Shown here: positions 1-14,397 of the stretch, piece by piece
Layout: each line of letters begins with the position of its first letter
How positions within the stretch are numbered: the first letter of the stretch is position 1
Assembly: GCA_012295275.1 (NCBI GenBank)
Contig: CM022671.1
Location: 10,292,001 to 10,356,000 of the forward strand
From: Chrysomallon squamiferum
Taxonomy: Eukaryota > Animalia > Mollusca
DNA: 64,000 bases
Direction: 5' to 3'
Notes under the pieces: generated by a model
The model's input: the letters and a program-made list of their open reading frames with translations, nothing else
Told to the model about the DNA's origin: nothing
Database searches by the model: none
Program-made: the position numbers and the translations under genes

Positions 1-127
1 TCCAAGCCAAAAGGAAACAAAACATACAAAAACATACAAACTTGTTTTTATAATACTACACCATATTTATAATACTACACCATATCTGTGGAGAAAAAGA
101 CAGTTCAAAATAAACTGATACTGTTAT

Positions 128-268
<141 letters not shown>

Positions 269-859
269 CATAAAAAGGAAGTATGTAAACAAAAAATGAT
301 TAATATAGAAAATATAAAAATAAAGTAAAATTCACAAGGAAGAAAGAACATTAAAAGCTAAAGAAAACACTGATGGAATGAAGGAAATGATTTTAAAAAG
401 AATGTTCAAGTGAACATGGTGACCAGAATATTGAAGCACTATAGGTTACGGTTCTTGATGTTTCATTTACAATTATATTTTTAACATACTGATTAATTTT
501 ATGTTTTATATAAACTTAAACAAATTCGTATATGTACAGAATTTAAAGTGTTTTTATATGTGTGCATCTTTGTATATGTTTGTATGTATATATGTATGGA
601 GTCAAAAAGGGTGAGTTTGAGTTGGCATAAATATGTATACCCTGGTAAACTTCAGAATATGCTTTTGAAATGATACAGCTTTAATAAATTAATAGAAAAT
701 CAGAACACAACGTTTAAAGAATTACTAAGTGTAATTTTATAAGTTTCCTAAAGATGTCTAAGAAAGATAAATTTCTGTTAATAAAATTCAGAATTAAAAT
801 GAAAACTGAATTATTATCTCATATAACATATATGTTAAGATATTTTGTATATTTTTAAA

Positions 860-864
<5 letters not shown>

Positions 865-951
<87 letters not shown>
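865..951. repeat. (CT)n microsatellite
   Basis: Direct reading. Confidence 0.98.
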
Positions 952-953
<2 letters not shown>

Positions 954-978
954 GCACACTTTTATATTTTTATTATAG

Positions 979-1058
979 TATGGTTTGAATAAAATACAAT
1001 AATATTTCAGGATAAAGCTATCCCAGGAAGACCCTGACAGTTCCCCATTAGATCACAA
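979..1058 (+). pseudogene. TRPM N-terminal exon remnant, truncated by a repeat insertion
   Basis: Reads YGLNKIQ*YFRIKLSQEDPDSSPLDHN, resembling the TRPM LDxNHSHF motif. It then switches to sequence shared with the MITE at 1572-1651. Confidence 0.45.
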
Positions 1059-1319
1059 TGTTATAACCTGACTTTCTCAAAATAACAACACTAGAATTTT
1101 ATAAATGTTTATCAGTTTAGTGGCAGGTGAATATTTAAAAAAAGTAATTACAGTTTCAGAGAGAAGGTGATTATGAATATACAATAATATGTGCATGTTA
1201 TTAATGGTGTATCTACTCTACAAGTAATATGAGTTGTTTGTGTGTGAAACAGTAAAGTGCATTTTAACATAATAATGTGTGTAATCATTTATTTATTTAA
1301 AAAAATAAACAATAAAATA

Positions 1320-1682
1320 CAGGTTGACATTCAAAAATCTGGCCATCGAAAATCCAGTTCCTTCATATTTCTGGCATGGATTTTTGAGTGCATTTTCAAA
1401 TTTACCGTTTTGGCGCATCACTGTTTTCTGGAGGCGCCATTTAAGTTTTGATGGCACTGTACTCCAGAATCAGCAGCTTGCACCTGCTAACAGGCATTCC
1501 TGCTCATTCCTCTCATTTTATCATTTATTTGCTGCAGGTAGTAATTTTCTGTTAAACCATAACAACTCGTCAAAATAAACACTAGAATTTTATAAATATT
1601 TATCAGTTTAGTGGAATATTTGAATATTTAAAAAAAGTAATTACAGTTTCAGGTCCAGAGGTTTGCTGGATTTTTGAATGTC
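1320..1682. mobile_element. Tc1/mariner-Tigger-type MITE, right end overrun by microsatellite
   Basis: Left end TA|CAGGTTGACATTCAAAAATCTGGC. Right-end GCTGGATTTTTGAATGTC (1665-1682) is its reverse complement. Confidence 0.6.
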
Positions 1683-1683
1683 T

Positions 1684-2356
<673 letters not shown>

Positions 2357-2732
2357 TTAAATAAATAAATATATATACACACACACATGATATGTGTGTA
2401 TGTATGTGTGTATGTATAGATGTGTATAAATGTACATATGTGTGTGATTAAAATATAAAATTGTTTTGTATGAAAGTGTCTTACTATAAATAGAATTTAT
2501 ACTGAACAAACATTATGACATATCAAAACATGGATTAAACAGAAGATTGTGCTTTGAATCTAATTTAGTATACACATCAAGGTAAAGAATCATAATATGA
2601 TAGAGAACGTATCAAATACATACTTTTACATAGAATTATGTGTAAACCTCAAATAGGAAAATATCTAACTTCACTTATTGTAACATAACTTTATTATATT
2701 AATATCATATCGTAACTTTATTATTCCTCCAG

Positions 2733-2816
2733 GAAAACATATTCCCATTGTGACTTTGGTTTATTTACCACTTTCCATTACTGGAAAAACTTAAACAAGA
2801 CAATTTTAATATTCTG
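2733..2816 (+). pseudogene. TRPM exon remnant (xPVVxLV motif), internally deleted
   Basis: tcctccag acceptor followed by KHIPIVTLV. The expected EGG...GSG..AD segment is absent. Donor gttagt at 2817. Confidence 0.45.
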
Positions 2817-2973
2817 GTTAGTACAGAAAGATTATAACAAGATATTCACAGCAATGTTATTTTTTTAATATTTATTTATTTAATATATATTACAAACTAA
2901 AATGCTAAAGAACATTTAAGACAATTTAAATTCAACCATATATTATTAGTACTAAATATATTTCTTTTTCAAG

Positions 2974-3121
2974 TCCTGGGAAATCTGTTATTTCTCAAAA
3001 AATTACCAATAAAATGAAAGATGAAGCGAGAAGAATGTTTGTAAGGGGTGGAAACAGCAAAGAGGAAATAATAAAGAAATGTTTTAAAAATCTGAAAGAA
3101 ACGTTTCAGTGTAGAAATCTG
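2974..3121 (+). pseudogene. TRPM N-terminal exon
   Basis: ttcaag|...|gtaaat. Open frame PGKSVISQKITNKMKDEARRMFVRGGNSKEEIIKKCFKNLKETFQCRNL, directly preceding the ITVF motif exon. Confidence 0.65.
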
Positions 3122-3479
3122 GTAAATACATCTACAGTAGTATTTTTCATAAACCTTTTCTCAAGTGATCAGATTGTCCGAAAAGAAGAATAAAATCACT
3201 GTGATGAAACTGGATGAAACTATAAATATAAAAAGAAAGAAAAGAAAAACAGTTCCATGAAAACATTTTCTGTTTCATTTGTGTTCTAACACCTCCCTTC
3301 TCAAAAAACAACAACAAAAGAACCTCTCCCAGCATAAGCTAATTTACAAATGTGAAATGTTTGAATAACTGTACTATTTAAATTGGAGGCACTAAAAGCA
3401 GTAGAACTTACACATAACTCCACAGTAATGGTTATTTTCCATCACTGATTTTCAAATAACATGGCTTGTTTGTTTTCAG

Positions 3480-3554
3480 TTACAATTTTTGAATTTAAGA
3501 CAGCAGATTCCAGTAAGGATATTAACCAACCAATTCTCAGAACCTCGCTTAAAG
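3480..3554 (+). pseudogene. TRPM exon (ITVF...DIDxAILxALLK motif)
   Basis: ttttcag|tt ACA ATT TTT GAA... reads TIFEFKTADSSKDINQPILRTSLK g|gttatt. One base short of phase with the upstream exon; phase-1 end matches the exon at 11546. Confidence 0.75.
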
Positions 3555-3616
3555 GTTATTTTGATTTTGATTAATTCTGAGAAATCAAATGATAAATAAA
3601 TTTATAATTTTATATA

Positions 3617-4598
3617 TGTTACAGTCAATATATCTAACTAGTCATTTGGCCTAATGCCTGAAATGTTTAGGCATTTAACCTAACACCCAAGGTCATCAGG
3701 TGTTTGGCCTAATGTCTAAAATTTCAAGTAATTTGTTCAGTTTCTGCAATCTGCATACTGAAGAATTTCAAACTTGAACATAAGGTAGTACTCGTGGTGG
3801 GTTTTCTTCCTGGGGTTAACAGAGATCTTCTTTAGCTGGTCCATAATCAAGAAGTACTCTTTCTTGGGAATGTTCACTTTCTTGCACAATTCATACTTCT
3901 TAAACAGTTCTCTTGTTAAGCGATCTTCTGCAGGAACCTCTATGGTTGACATAAGTGATCTGAATGTGATCAGGAACTACTGTATTTTATAACACCTTGA
4001 TGTAACCATAACATTACCACTAATCCCTACAATGAACAGATGTAAGCAAAGCATTAAACCCATATGACTGTCGGTATTGAAATCATTGGTCTTTGATGTA
4101 AGAATAACAAAACAATAATGCAACATAGGGTGTAAATAATATGTCTTTATATTTCTCTGTTGTCACTGTTTGATACATATTTAACTAGTGTGCTGTTTTA
4201 TAGTGGGAATTTATGGGGTTCTCAAAAAGTATGCTTATTGAATGATTAAATATTGGTTGAAATTAATTAATACAAAAAATAGTATTTTATGTTATAGTAA
4301 AATAATTGGGTCACTTTTATTTGACAGTGTTTATCAATAAGCTGTAAAGCTTAAGATAATAAAAAATTGAACCACTAGTCCCTACAATGAACAGATATAA
4401 GCAAAGCATTAAACCATATGACTGATTGTCTGAATTGCTATCAAGAAGAATGTCAAACAAAACCAACCAAAATCCAGTCATTTGGCCTGGAAATTTGTTT
4501 CATTAAGCCAAACGCCTTTCGATGTTGGGCTTTAGGCTAAATGCCTAAACAAATCCAGCATTAGGCCAACTGACTAGTTTTACACATTGACTGTAATA
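3617..4598 (-). mobile_element. Non-autonomous DNA transposon with long TIRs, Ginger2/TDD-like
   Basis: ~75-bp imperfect TIRs (TGTTACAGTCAAT..ACTAGTCATTTGGCCTAATGC.. / ..GCATTAGGCCAACTGACTAGT..ATTGACTGTAATA), flanked by TATA/TATG. Internal minus ORF 3737-3952 (..KKEYFLIMDQLKKISVNPRKKTHHEYYLMFKFEIL..) resembles the N-terminus of KRBA2/SCAND3-type integrases. The family call is from memory. Confidence 0.65.
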
Positions 4599-5329
4599 TA
4601 TGTATATAACTGAGCCATACTTGAAAAAGTTACAGTTCACTGAACTTTATTGCAGAGCACTGGCTTGAGTGACAAGTCCTTTGATTGGCCTGCTTTCAAT
4701 TACATTTGTAACATTATCACAAGATATATGATTTGAAAACACAGAAGTCATTGATTCATGACAATATTATAAAATGTAGTAACAGTATTTGAGTGAAAGA
4801 CATTTTTCCATATTAGTTTATTTAACAGAGGCCAACTTTTCATGAACTGGTACTACCTAGATGGGCAAAGGCTCATATCATTTTCTTGATAGATCTATGT
4901 ATGTAGATAGTAAACTGAGGTGATGACCTTTCAGGTCGAGCACTTTTTCTTACGATGAGCTTAGGTTGGCGCCATCAAATTTAAGAAACAGATAACCAAC
5001 TTTTATATATGCCAATAATAATTTTTATAAAAGGTATTTAATGCCATTAACACTTCATAATAAACATTTTGAGTGTTCATTTTCTAATATACTTCTAGTT
5101 AATGTTATGATACATTTGGTATACCATCAATTCCCAGTATAACTTAACATCATTCATTTGTTTCAGTTTCAGTGTTTTTCTAGGTGCCTTTAAATGGTTA
5201 GATTTAACTTCTGACACAGTTTCTGATTTTGGCAAATATTCCAGCAGATGGTGCCAAAAAGCTGTAGCTTGACCCCTTGATATCTGGAGACCTAATTTTA
5301 TATATATAATAGTTATATATATACACATA

Positions 5330-6111
5330 CAGTGGAACCTCAACTTACAAGTGCACCATCTTACGAGTTTTTTGAGTTATGAGCAGTCATGCTGTTGATT
5401 TTTTGCTTTGAGTTGTGAGCCACAATCCAAATTATGAGCAAACTTCAGATACGCAGCCACTTGTTGGCACAACGAACAACACAACATCTGTCAGGATCCC
5501 AAGTTTCACTCGTTTACTTCACAAGGTGACCTCGCAACAAAAACAACTCTGGGGTGACATATTTGTGCAGTATTTTCCCAAATTTCTTTTTTCTGGCCAT
5601 GGATAGTAAGAAAGTGAATGCAAAGGACAGTGCTGAGAAGAAGAAGCAGATGATGTCCATTGAGTTAAAGCTTGAATTCATAGAAAAACATGAGCAAGGT
5701 GTGCATATAGTTGACTTGGCTAGACAGTATGAGGGTAGTACTTCTTTGATATGTAAAGTACTGAAGCTGGAGTCAATAAATTCTGTAACACCAGCCAAAG
5801 ACATTAAAATAGTTTGTCTCATCTCCAAGATAAATACACTTTACAAAACCAATTTATTTCTTTATATCCTCTTTTATTTAATTCATTCATACAATATTTG
5901 TCATTTATAAATATCTTTTTTCTTATTTAAAAACACATTACCCCCCCAATTTTTTTTTTTTTTAATAATAATGGAGTAGTTTTGGGGAGAGTGGAATGGA
6001 TTAATGGTATTTCAATTAATTTCAGTTGGGAAAAATGATTTGATATAGGAGCAAATTGAGATATGAGCTCGGTCACAGAACAAATTAAACTTGTAAGACA
6101 AGGTACCACTG
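5330..6111 (+). mobile_element. Tigger/pogo DNA transposon, internally deleted
   Basis: TA|CAGTGGAACCTCAACTTACAAGT ... ACTTGTAAGACAAGGTACCACTG|TA (TIRs plus TA TSD). From ATG 5599 it encodes a CENP-B-type HTH fragment, MDSKKVNAKDSAEKKKQMMSIELKLEFIEKHEQGVHIVDLARQY. Confidence 0.9.
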
Positions 6112-6935
6112 TATTAGGATATGGAATTAATATAGGGTAAAAATATAGACAATTTGAGTGAAAAATTGGTATTATATGGTGATTTAAGATTGTTGTTTGT
6201 GTTAATACTGAAATATCATAAAAGTATTTGCAAAAATGGACCTTGGCTCATTTGTTTCAATTTCAATATTTTTCTATATGGCTGAATATGAATTCCTTTA
6301 AATGGTAGGAAATTCTTTCTGATGCAGTTTCCAGCCATTTCTAGGTCTGATTTTGGCAAATGTCCCAAAGACAATGAGAAAAAGATGAAATCTGAAAATG
6401 TTTTAGTTTGACCCATAATTGGTGGTCAACCTTTGAGTTTTATATGTATATTATGATGTGGAATTGATAGGGGGATTCAATCACAGAACTTGAATGCTGA
6501 ATTGTTAACACTAGTATGGGTTTTATGAAAAGTTATTTCAGATTAACTTTTACCCACCCCAAAAATTTGCTTTAAGATTTTCTCCACACATTATATAGTT
6601 TTCAGTGTGAAAGTGATAGAAAGCTGCTCAATACAAATGGCTATCCTCTCATTTCATTATCTAGACAGACCTATCAAGAAAATGCTACAATACTTTGTCC
6701 CTCTGGGTTGTACCAAATTTTGCTCAGTCTCATGGACTATACTGCATATCCCTCTTTAGTAACTGTATCCATCTTTAAGAAATGTATTTTATTTACATTT
6801 ATGAATGACGCTAGTCTAAGACAGAATTCAATACAGAAGTCAATGCACGCGACTTCTGCAGTTATTTAATGCTCATTCGAAATGTTAAAAATATAGATAT
6901 CAAAATCATTTACTTTCTGCATCAAGAACATCAGT

Positions 6936-7050
6936 TACTATTACTACTACTTCTACTACTACTACTACTACTACTGCTACTACTGCTACAACTACTACTT
7001 CTGCTACTACTACAACTATTATTACTAATATTGCTGCTACTACTACTATC
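6936..7050. repeat. (CTA)n degenerate trinucleotide repeat
   Basis: Direct reading. Confidence 0.95.
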
Positions 7051-8732
7051 ATAATTATTAGAATTATTCTGACATTTGTGTCATAAAACCTTTCACATTT
7101 TGTGATTTATAATTTCTCTTTAAATATAACTTTTACCTACTATCACGACTACAGTAATGTTTGCCCGCTTTTAGATATGCTAAGCTTGTGTAAATTACAT
7201 ATTCTAACTTCAAAGACCATACTTTATTATTGTAACACTTATTTACAAAGAAAACCACTACAATCAACGTACATTCCCAGAATTCTTTTTCTAATTTTTA
7301 TTGTCCGTTACAGACTCATAAAGACAGTAATTTTTCTTCAGGGAATGAAATATTTTCAGATATAGGACTTTACGATTTGTTTTATTGCTGTGTTGCTGGG
7401 TTATACAAGGTTCCACATTACTGCCCATCTCGTTTCACTGATATATTTAAAATATATGTCAGAAATATATTTAGCATACATTTTTGTGGTATGGTCATGC
7501 TTCTTGAAGACTGGAGTTATAAAAGGTTCTATATTTCTACCAATTATTTATAAGCATATTTAACATAATTATATATAAATAATAGTTTCTAGTACAGTTG
7601 TCAAGCCATCAGTTTGAGACAAGAGTTCCACATTACTCCCCATTGTTTATCTAAAATATATAAAACATATATCAAGACATTTGATATTGTTTTATCCTCG
7701 TTCGACTAACTAACCTGATAACAATACCAATAACAATATGTTTTGTGAAGTCAATGCACGCTGTAATGGATGGTTATGTATAACTGAATTAAATTAAAAA
7801 TCTCTATACTCTTTAATAGCAAATATCAGTTTAGTGCTATCTAATATGCAGACATTAGGCTGTTAGATATAGTAAATGCTACTCATTATGTAACGTGTGA
7901 GATACTAATCATTTTATTTTAGTGTCAGCAGATAGTTACAAAGCTGCGATATATGACAACACAACAGCAAATACGTACACGTTGTTACATGATAAACAAG
8001 ACATTATTGACTCCTGTAATTATATTGATAACATTAGCAAATGCGTTATGTAGTAAATCTGTACTGAATGCAAATACCTATACAGTGCAATGCAACAGAG
8101 ATATCAGACCATTTATCCGGGAGGCCTAAAAAACTGGAGGTGACCAAGATTTCTTTTCTGGTTAACCGGACCTAGGCTTAATATATACTTAAAATAAACA
8201 ATGAAAAGTAAAGAACGAGACTGCATGTAGACAGGCTCAAATTAATACACTTATAAGGACCGTTTTTTTTTTTTTGAAAGCCGGATATGTTGTCTGAGTT
8301 CTGGTTGGAACAGAAAATAGTCTATTCAGAATAACATGGAGGATTTAGCCTCCAATTATATGTCTGGCCAGGGCTCCACCATTCATCTGCTATGTTAACG
8401 TAGATTAATCTCTCTTTTGATAACATTAGTTAATGTATACAGAGCGCTACACGTTATTATTATTCTTTATCTAAAGTTTTCCTGTTAGCAGTATGTCAAA
8501 GGCTCTGTTTTCTGTTATTAATGGGTATCTGTGGCATGTATAAATACAACAAGCTTTTGCGCTCGTATTAGCAAATAAAAGAAAATATTTTTAAAAATCT
8601 AAACAAGTCTAATTTGTTTTCAGATGTAATGTGTAACTAAAAAGAGACGTACTATAACGGAGACGCGTTGTATTTATGTAGTTATTCTTTACCGTATTCT
8701 CAAGGACTTAATGTTTTTATTTAATTTCATTA

Positions 8733-8734
<2 letters not shown>

Positions 8735-8817
<83 letters not shown>
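8735..8817. repeat. (CT)n microsatellite
   Basis: Direct reading. Confidence 0.97.
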
Positions 8818-8823
<6 letters not shown>

Positions 8824-9099
8824 GTAAATCAACATGCACATGAACTATTAGAATATCTGAGACATGGCAGTTGCTGCTACAGATTACACATTACAAAACA
8901 AGAAATAAATGAATAACTATGCATAAATGCAAAACTAAAAATAATGACTGCAATAAACGGATTGGAGTGTAATGAATTACCGGTTATCTGTCACTTATTA
9001 ATTTACTTTTAATAACAACAACAACAACAACAACAAAAAATATTATAATAAATTAAATGAAAATGTTTTTTAAAGTGCAGTATACACACATAGGCACAT

Positions 9100-9128
9100 T
9101 TATACATACACATACATACATACATACA

Positions 9129-9160
<32 letters not shown>

Positions 9161-9200
9161 CGCACACATGCATACATACATACATACATATATACATACA
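9100..9200. repeat. (ACAT)n microsatellite
   Basis: Direct reading. Confidence 0.95.
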
Positions 9201-9501
9201 ATCATACATATAATTGTGTACGAATCTTCACACGCACAGATATACATACATAAACATTGTCTGACAGTTTAACTTTATTTGAACTGTTTTATTTATATTT
9301 TTAAAAGAATGAGTTTATTCTACAAGCAGTTAACGTTGTTAAGTAAACAGTTTAGTACAAAGTTTTGTTTATATCATAAACAACACACCTCATTGCTGAA
9401 CGTATTAATTTAGAATGCCAACTGAAACAACGCAGTTGCTACAAATAAACAGTTAAGTTTTTGTGGATTTATTTTTATTTTAAGTGAATTGGCATAAAAA
9501 G

Positions 9502-9505
<4 letters not shown>

Positions 9506-9580
<75 letters not shown>
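9506..9580. repeat. (GA)n microsatellite
   Basis: Direct reading. Confidence 0.97.
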
Positions 9581-9586
<6 letters not shown>

Positions 9587-10207
9587 AAGAGAAAAAAAAG
9601 TGATGGTGAGAGAAAAAACATTGTGTGATGGAGCAAGAAAGTTAGAAAGAGAACGATGAAGAGCAAGACTTTAAGAGAAAGAAAACAATTAGAAAGAGAG
9701 CTAAAAAAAAAAAAAAAAAAAAAAGGAATAAGTAAATTATATTCAGTTTTATTGCAGGCATACACTGAGAAAGAAAATCTCCTGTATTTAGTTTTATATG
9801 TAGAACATGAATACACCAATTTATAGTCTGTCAGACAAACGTACATAAAAACACGATTTCGGGTTGTAGTTTTTCCTGGATTAAAGGCTTTGGAATTGCC
9901 GATTTGGTTGCAGGTGTTTTTATCATATTCATTACATTTTATTTATTTAATTTCGCCACAGGTAGTCCTTGGCAATATTATTATTTTACTGATTTATCGA
10001 ATTCACAAGGAGGTGAACACCCTGTCTTACAGTTGATTTGTTTTTAAATTACATTTCTGACAGCCACTATTACATTTAGTGTCTTACACTCAGATATACG
10101 TACTTAACTTAAATTGTACATTATAAAACTAATACCACGTATTAGTTATGTTATATCATTTTCAGTTTTTTATAATATAGTGACATTCAGTTTTAAAATT
10201 ATATATT

Positions 10208-10530
<323 letters not shown>

Positions 10531-10699
10531 TATTTTGGTACTTTATTAATTAATTATCATCTTCGAACCTAAGAGATGTAAAATTATATGAATGCTTTTA
10601 CAAAAGCAAAAAAAACAAAAACAAAAATAACACAAATAGTACCAAACAAATAAATAAAGAACTAAAAATGAAAATACCAAAGTATTTCCTTTAGCTATG

Positions 10700-11112
10700 T
10701 TATTGCTATGTTTCTCCAAGTCGTCTTTGGGCATTCTTGAATTCCTTTTTCTTTGGACGGTGTCCATATTAGGTCAAAATTTGGGAATGCACTCTTGATA
10801 CATTCTAAGGATACATCGTAACACTGCAGGTATCGGTTGTTTGATTTCCAGCACTAAAATTATTTCAGCAGGTCTTCTTGTACATTTCTACATTTTGATA
10901 TTTTATTGGTCTAAAATACCTGACATGTCCTTCCTTCTGGCCTCCATGCTGGAAAGCATGATCTTTTGTCCAGACCACTTTGACCACTCGTCCGAAATCA
11001 TAAATTACAATAAAATTTGTTTGACTGTTATAAAGTCTTATCTTTGTATTTTCAAGCTATCTACTTTGATTCCAAATAGTATAAAGTTTAACGAAAGCAG
11101 TGAGGAAGTTTC
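10700..11112 (-). mobile_element. Degraded 3' ORF fragment of an RTE-clade LINE
   Basis: Minus strand gives AFVKLYTIWNQSR*LENTKIRLYNS..IVIY and later WTPSKEKGIQECPKTTWRN. These match the RTE C-terminal motifs AFxxLxxIW..TKxRLYxS and WxPxGxRxxGRPKxTW. Confidence 0.7.
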
Positions 11113-11428
11113 TTAATTTTACTTTGATACATGTTTGGGGGGTTCCACAGTCCTTGTTTGTGTTATATAAAAGATATACATAAAATATTATTTGTAGCTA
11201 ACTGATAGCAGAAGCCTGGAGACTAACTGTGTTAATATAGAAATGTGTCTTTTACAAGCATTATCTTTTATTAACTCACAGACAAACACTCAAAAGCACT
11301 CGCAAATGTACACAGATATATGTAAAGTGTTTTTCGCGTGTGTATTTATATAAAATTGTGTGTGAACATATAGATACATTTACATACATTTACAACAAAC
11401 ATACACACAGACAAACACACATACAAAG

Positions 11429-11483
<55 letters not shown>

Positions 11484-11545
11484 TATATATTAAAATTTAT
11501 AAATAGTCTAGTTTACATTATATGAATATTTTAAATCATTTTTAG

Positions 11546-11652
11546 CCAAGAACTTAGATGTTGAAACTCAGCTAAATTTGGCTATTGAATGGAACAGCTG
11601 TGTCATTGCCAGGAATGAAATACTCAACAAAGAAAATAGGCAAAACCTGGAG
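11546..11652 (+). pseudogene. TRPM exon (QLxLALxWNRxDIA motif)
   Basis: tttag|..|gtaatt. Reads AKNLDVETQLNLAIEWNSCVIARNEILNKENRQNLE. Confidence 0.85.
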
Positions 11653-11927
11653 GTAATTTAGTTTCTGTTTGCAGAATATACTTTGCTAACCCATACTAGT
11701 GTTAAACATATTAAAAGTGCTGAAACGCTACCAGCATTCAGTGTATTCTGGAGTTCAGAGTGACGATTCTTGAGCCTATCTGTAGATAAAAAGATGTAGT
11801 CAAATTCATTATTTCTTTATGTTTTATTTTTATGTTAATGTACATCCTAATTATTTTATATTGTTATTGTTATTGTTATTTTATTATTTCTTTATTTGTT
11901 TATTATTATTTATTATTTTTAATTCAG

Positions 11928-12055
11928 AAAATTAATTTAGATGCTCAAATGAAGACAGCTATTGAGAAAGACAGAGCAGACTCTGTAAAGCTTTTTATTG
12001 ACTTTTTATTAACTTAAAGAAGTTGTTGAAAAACAAGACCCTTAAGGAACTCTAC
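11928..12055 (+). pseudogene. TRPM exon with 1-nt frameshift
   Basis: KINLDAQMKTAIEKDRADSVKLFIDF, then a frame change near 12005 to INLKKLLKNKTLKELY|gtcagt. Confidence 0.8.
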
Positions 12056-12770
12056 GTCAGTTAAAAATATGTATTGATATTATTATTTAAAAAACAAAAA
12101 TGAAATTACTTTCTTATGTATATTTACTTTACAAAATTTGATTCATTAAATTATTATTGTTATTATTTCCTTATTATTTCTTTATTTATAAAAATTGTTT
12201 TATTTATATAATTAAAAAAAAAAAGAAGTTATTATTCATGTTGTTGTTTATTATTTATTTTATTTCTCATCTTTTCCAGGTTTTTTAATTCCTTTTTTCT
12301 TTTCTTTTTTCCCAGCTTGATAAAAAATCTGATTAATTACCTCAGGGTAAGTATTTTGATTATTTACCTCAGCATCACACTGACTAACCATATCACCTTG
12401 TAGCTAATAGAACATAAACCCCAAGCAAAAGACATTACACAGACAATGTAGAAAAATATAATATGATCTTAACAACCTTTTCTAACAATGTTTTCTAACA
12501 ACCATTTGTAGATTGTTTATATATCTGTATCTCTATATATAAGGTACTCTTATCTAATTTCTAAGTTACTAAATATATATATAGTTTTTGTTGTTGTGAT
12601 GTAAGTTGCTTTTATTTTGTGCATTAGGTGTCCTTGAATTATCATATTTACATTACATTACATTATAGTTATCTTCAGAAAATAACAATAATAATAAAGC
12701 AATTTCTTTTTTTGTTTTACTTTTCTCTCACTAATATAATTTTTATATCATTCTGTGTTTGATTGTGCAG

Positions 12771-12957
12771 GACACCTGTACAGACTTTGCCTAAATCAAC
12801 AAACAACAAAGAAATCATGTTGAAAGATGTCAATAAACTCATAAAATTCCTGCTGAAACAACAGCCATTTGACTTCTACTCAGGTATGCATTCCAGAGAC
12901 TATTATTCAGGCTATTTCTATATTTCTGACAGTCAGTGTTACAAAAAAGAAAATGAA
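12771..12957 (+). pseudogene. TRPM exon (IxLxDVxxxIxxL motif)
   Basis: gtgcag|..|gtatgt. Reads TPVQTLPKSTNNKEIMLKDVNKLIKFLLKQQPFDFYSG... Confidence 0.7.
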
Positions 12958-13884
12958 GTATGTAAATACATTTTTTTTAAATACATTAAAATATGATATG
13001 GCACCCTCATCTGTGATATTATTATGATGTAATCCATAGTGGTATCATCTAAGCATCATTTATAGAAGTTTCACAGTCTTATACTACGTTTTCTTATAAA
13101 CTCAGTGTACAAATTAATTGAAAGTGGCTAAATAAACAAAAGTTCATTTACGAAGGTTTAAACATTTCTTAATTTCATTTTTCATTTGTATTGATTTTTG
13201 TTCTGGAGTACTGATTTTTTTTTTTTTTTCCTATTTGTTTTTTCCTGTTGTTATAGTAATGTACATCTTCTTCACAACTGTAAATTTAGGTTTTCTATCA
13301 GATTCAGAGATGTCTTTTGGTATACTCCATTTTCTATTTTTTAATTAAAATTACTAAATTTATGGAAGTAAAGCAAATAATTTAAGTGTGTGTAGATGTG
13401 TGTGTGTGTGTCGGTGGTTAATAACTGAATACAGTTGTTTTTATTTTTATTTATTTTTTTTTTTTTTTCATAGTATAAATCTGAACAGGTATCACCATTT
13501 TTTCCTGTTGTTATAATAATGTTTGTCCTGCAAATTTAGGTTTTCTATCAGAGGTGTGTTTTAGGGTACACTTATCTAATTTCTAAGTTACTAAATAAAC
13601 AAGAAACAACAGTTCATTTACTTGGGTAAATGTACACACACAGATTTTGAAATGTCGTTATTTGTATTGTGCATATCTGTTACATTTGACATAAATCTCT
13701 TTGATCTGAAACCAGTTTTTCTCAAGTATTGTAAATATGAGATAAAACAAATTATATCATTTGCCATGTACACAATGATGTGATTTGTATTTCCACCTGC
13801 TGTGTATTGCCTGTACTTTCAAAGTTAACTTTAGTTCTACTGCATGGTGTTAGGAATTTATTTTCTATTATTTTTTAATTTTTT

Positions 13885-14021
<137 letters not shown>

Positions 14022-14397
14022 TTGACATGTCTTTTGCTTAAGTTCTTAGCTTTACATTACAATCATTTTATTCATTAAAAAAAGCTGACATACTTGTAAA
14101 TATAATTTTATGAATTTGGATGTCAATTCCAGCTGTAATACTGAAAATACTAAACCTAAATCATGCTGGATACAGCAGTGATTACTTTTAAATACATTTT
14201 TATTGCAATTTTACTTATTAGATATTCTCTTTATAATTTACATAATTTTCATTTTATAACCCTAATAAGCTTTATCAGCTTAACTTTAGAAAAGTAAATA
14301 AATAAATTTTAATAATTTTTATTATTTTATTTTATCTGTGCAACCAATTATTATTGTTGTTGTTGTTGTTACCTCTGTACATTTTTTTTTTCTCTAG

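Noticed and set aside
12316-12346. 31-bp micro-exon of TRPM (cccag|...|gtaagt)
   Set aside because: The splice sites are good, but no reading frame is phase-compatible with both neighbours and there is no motif, so it cannot be supported.
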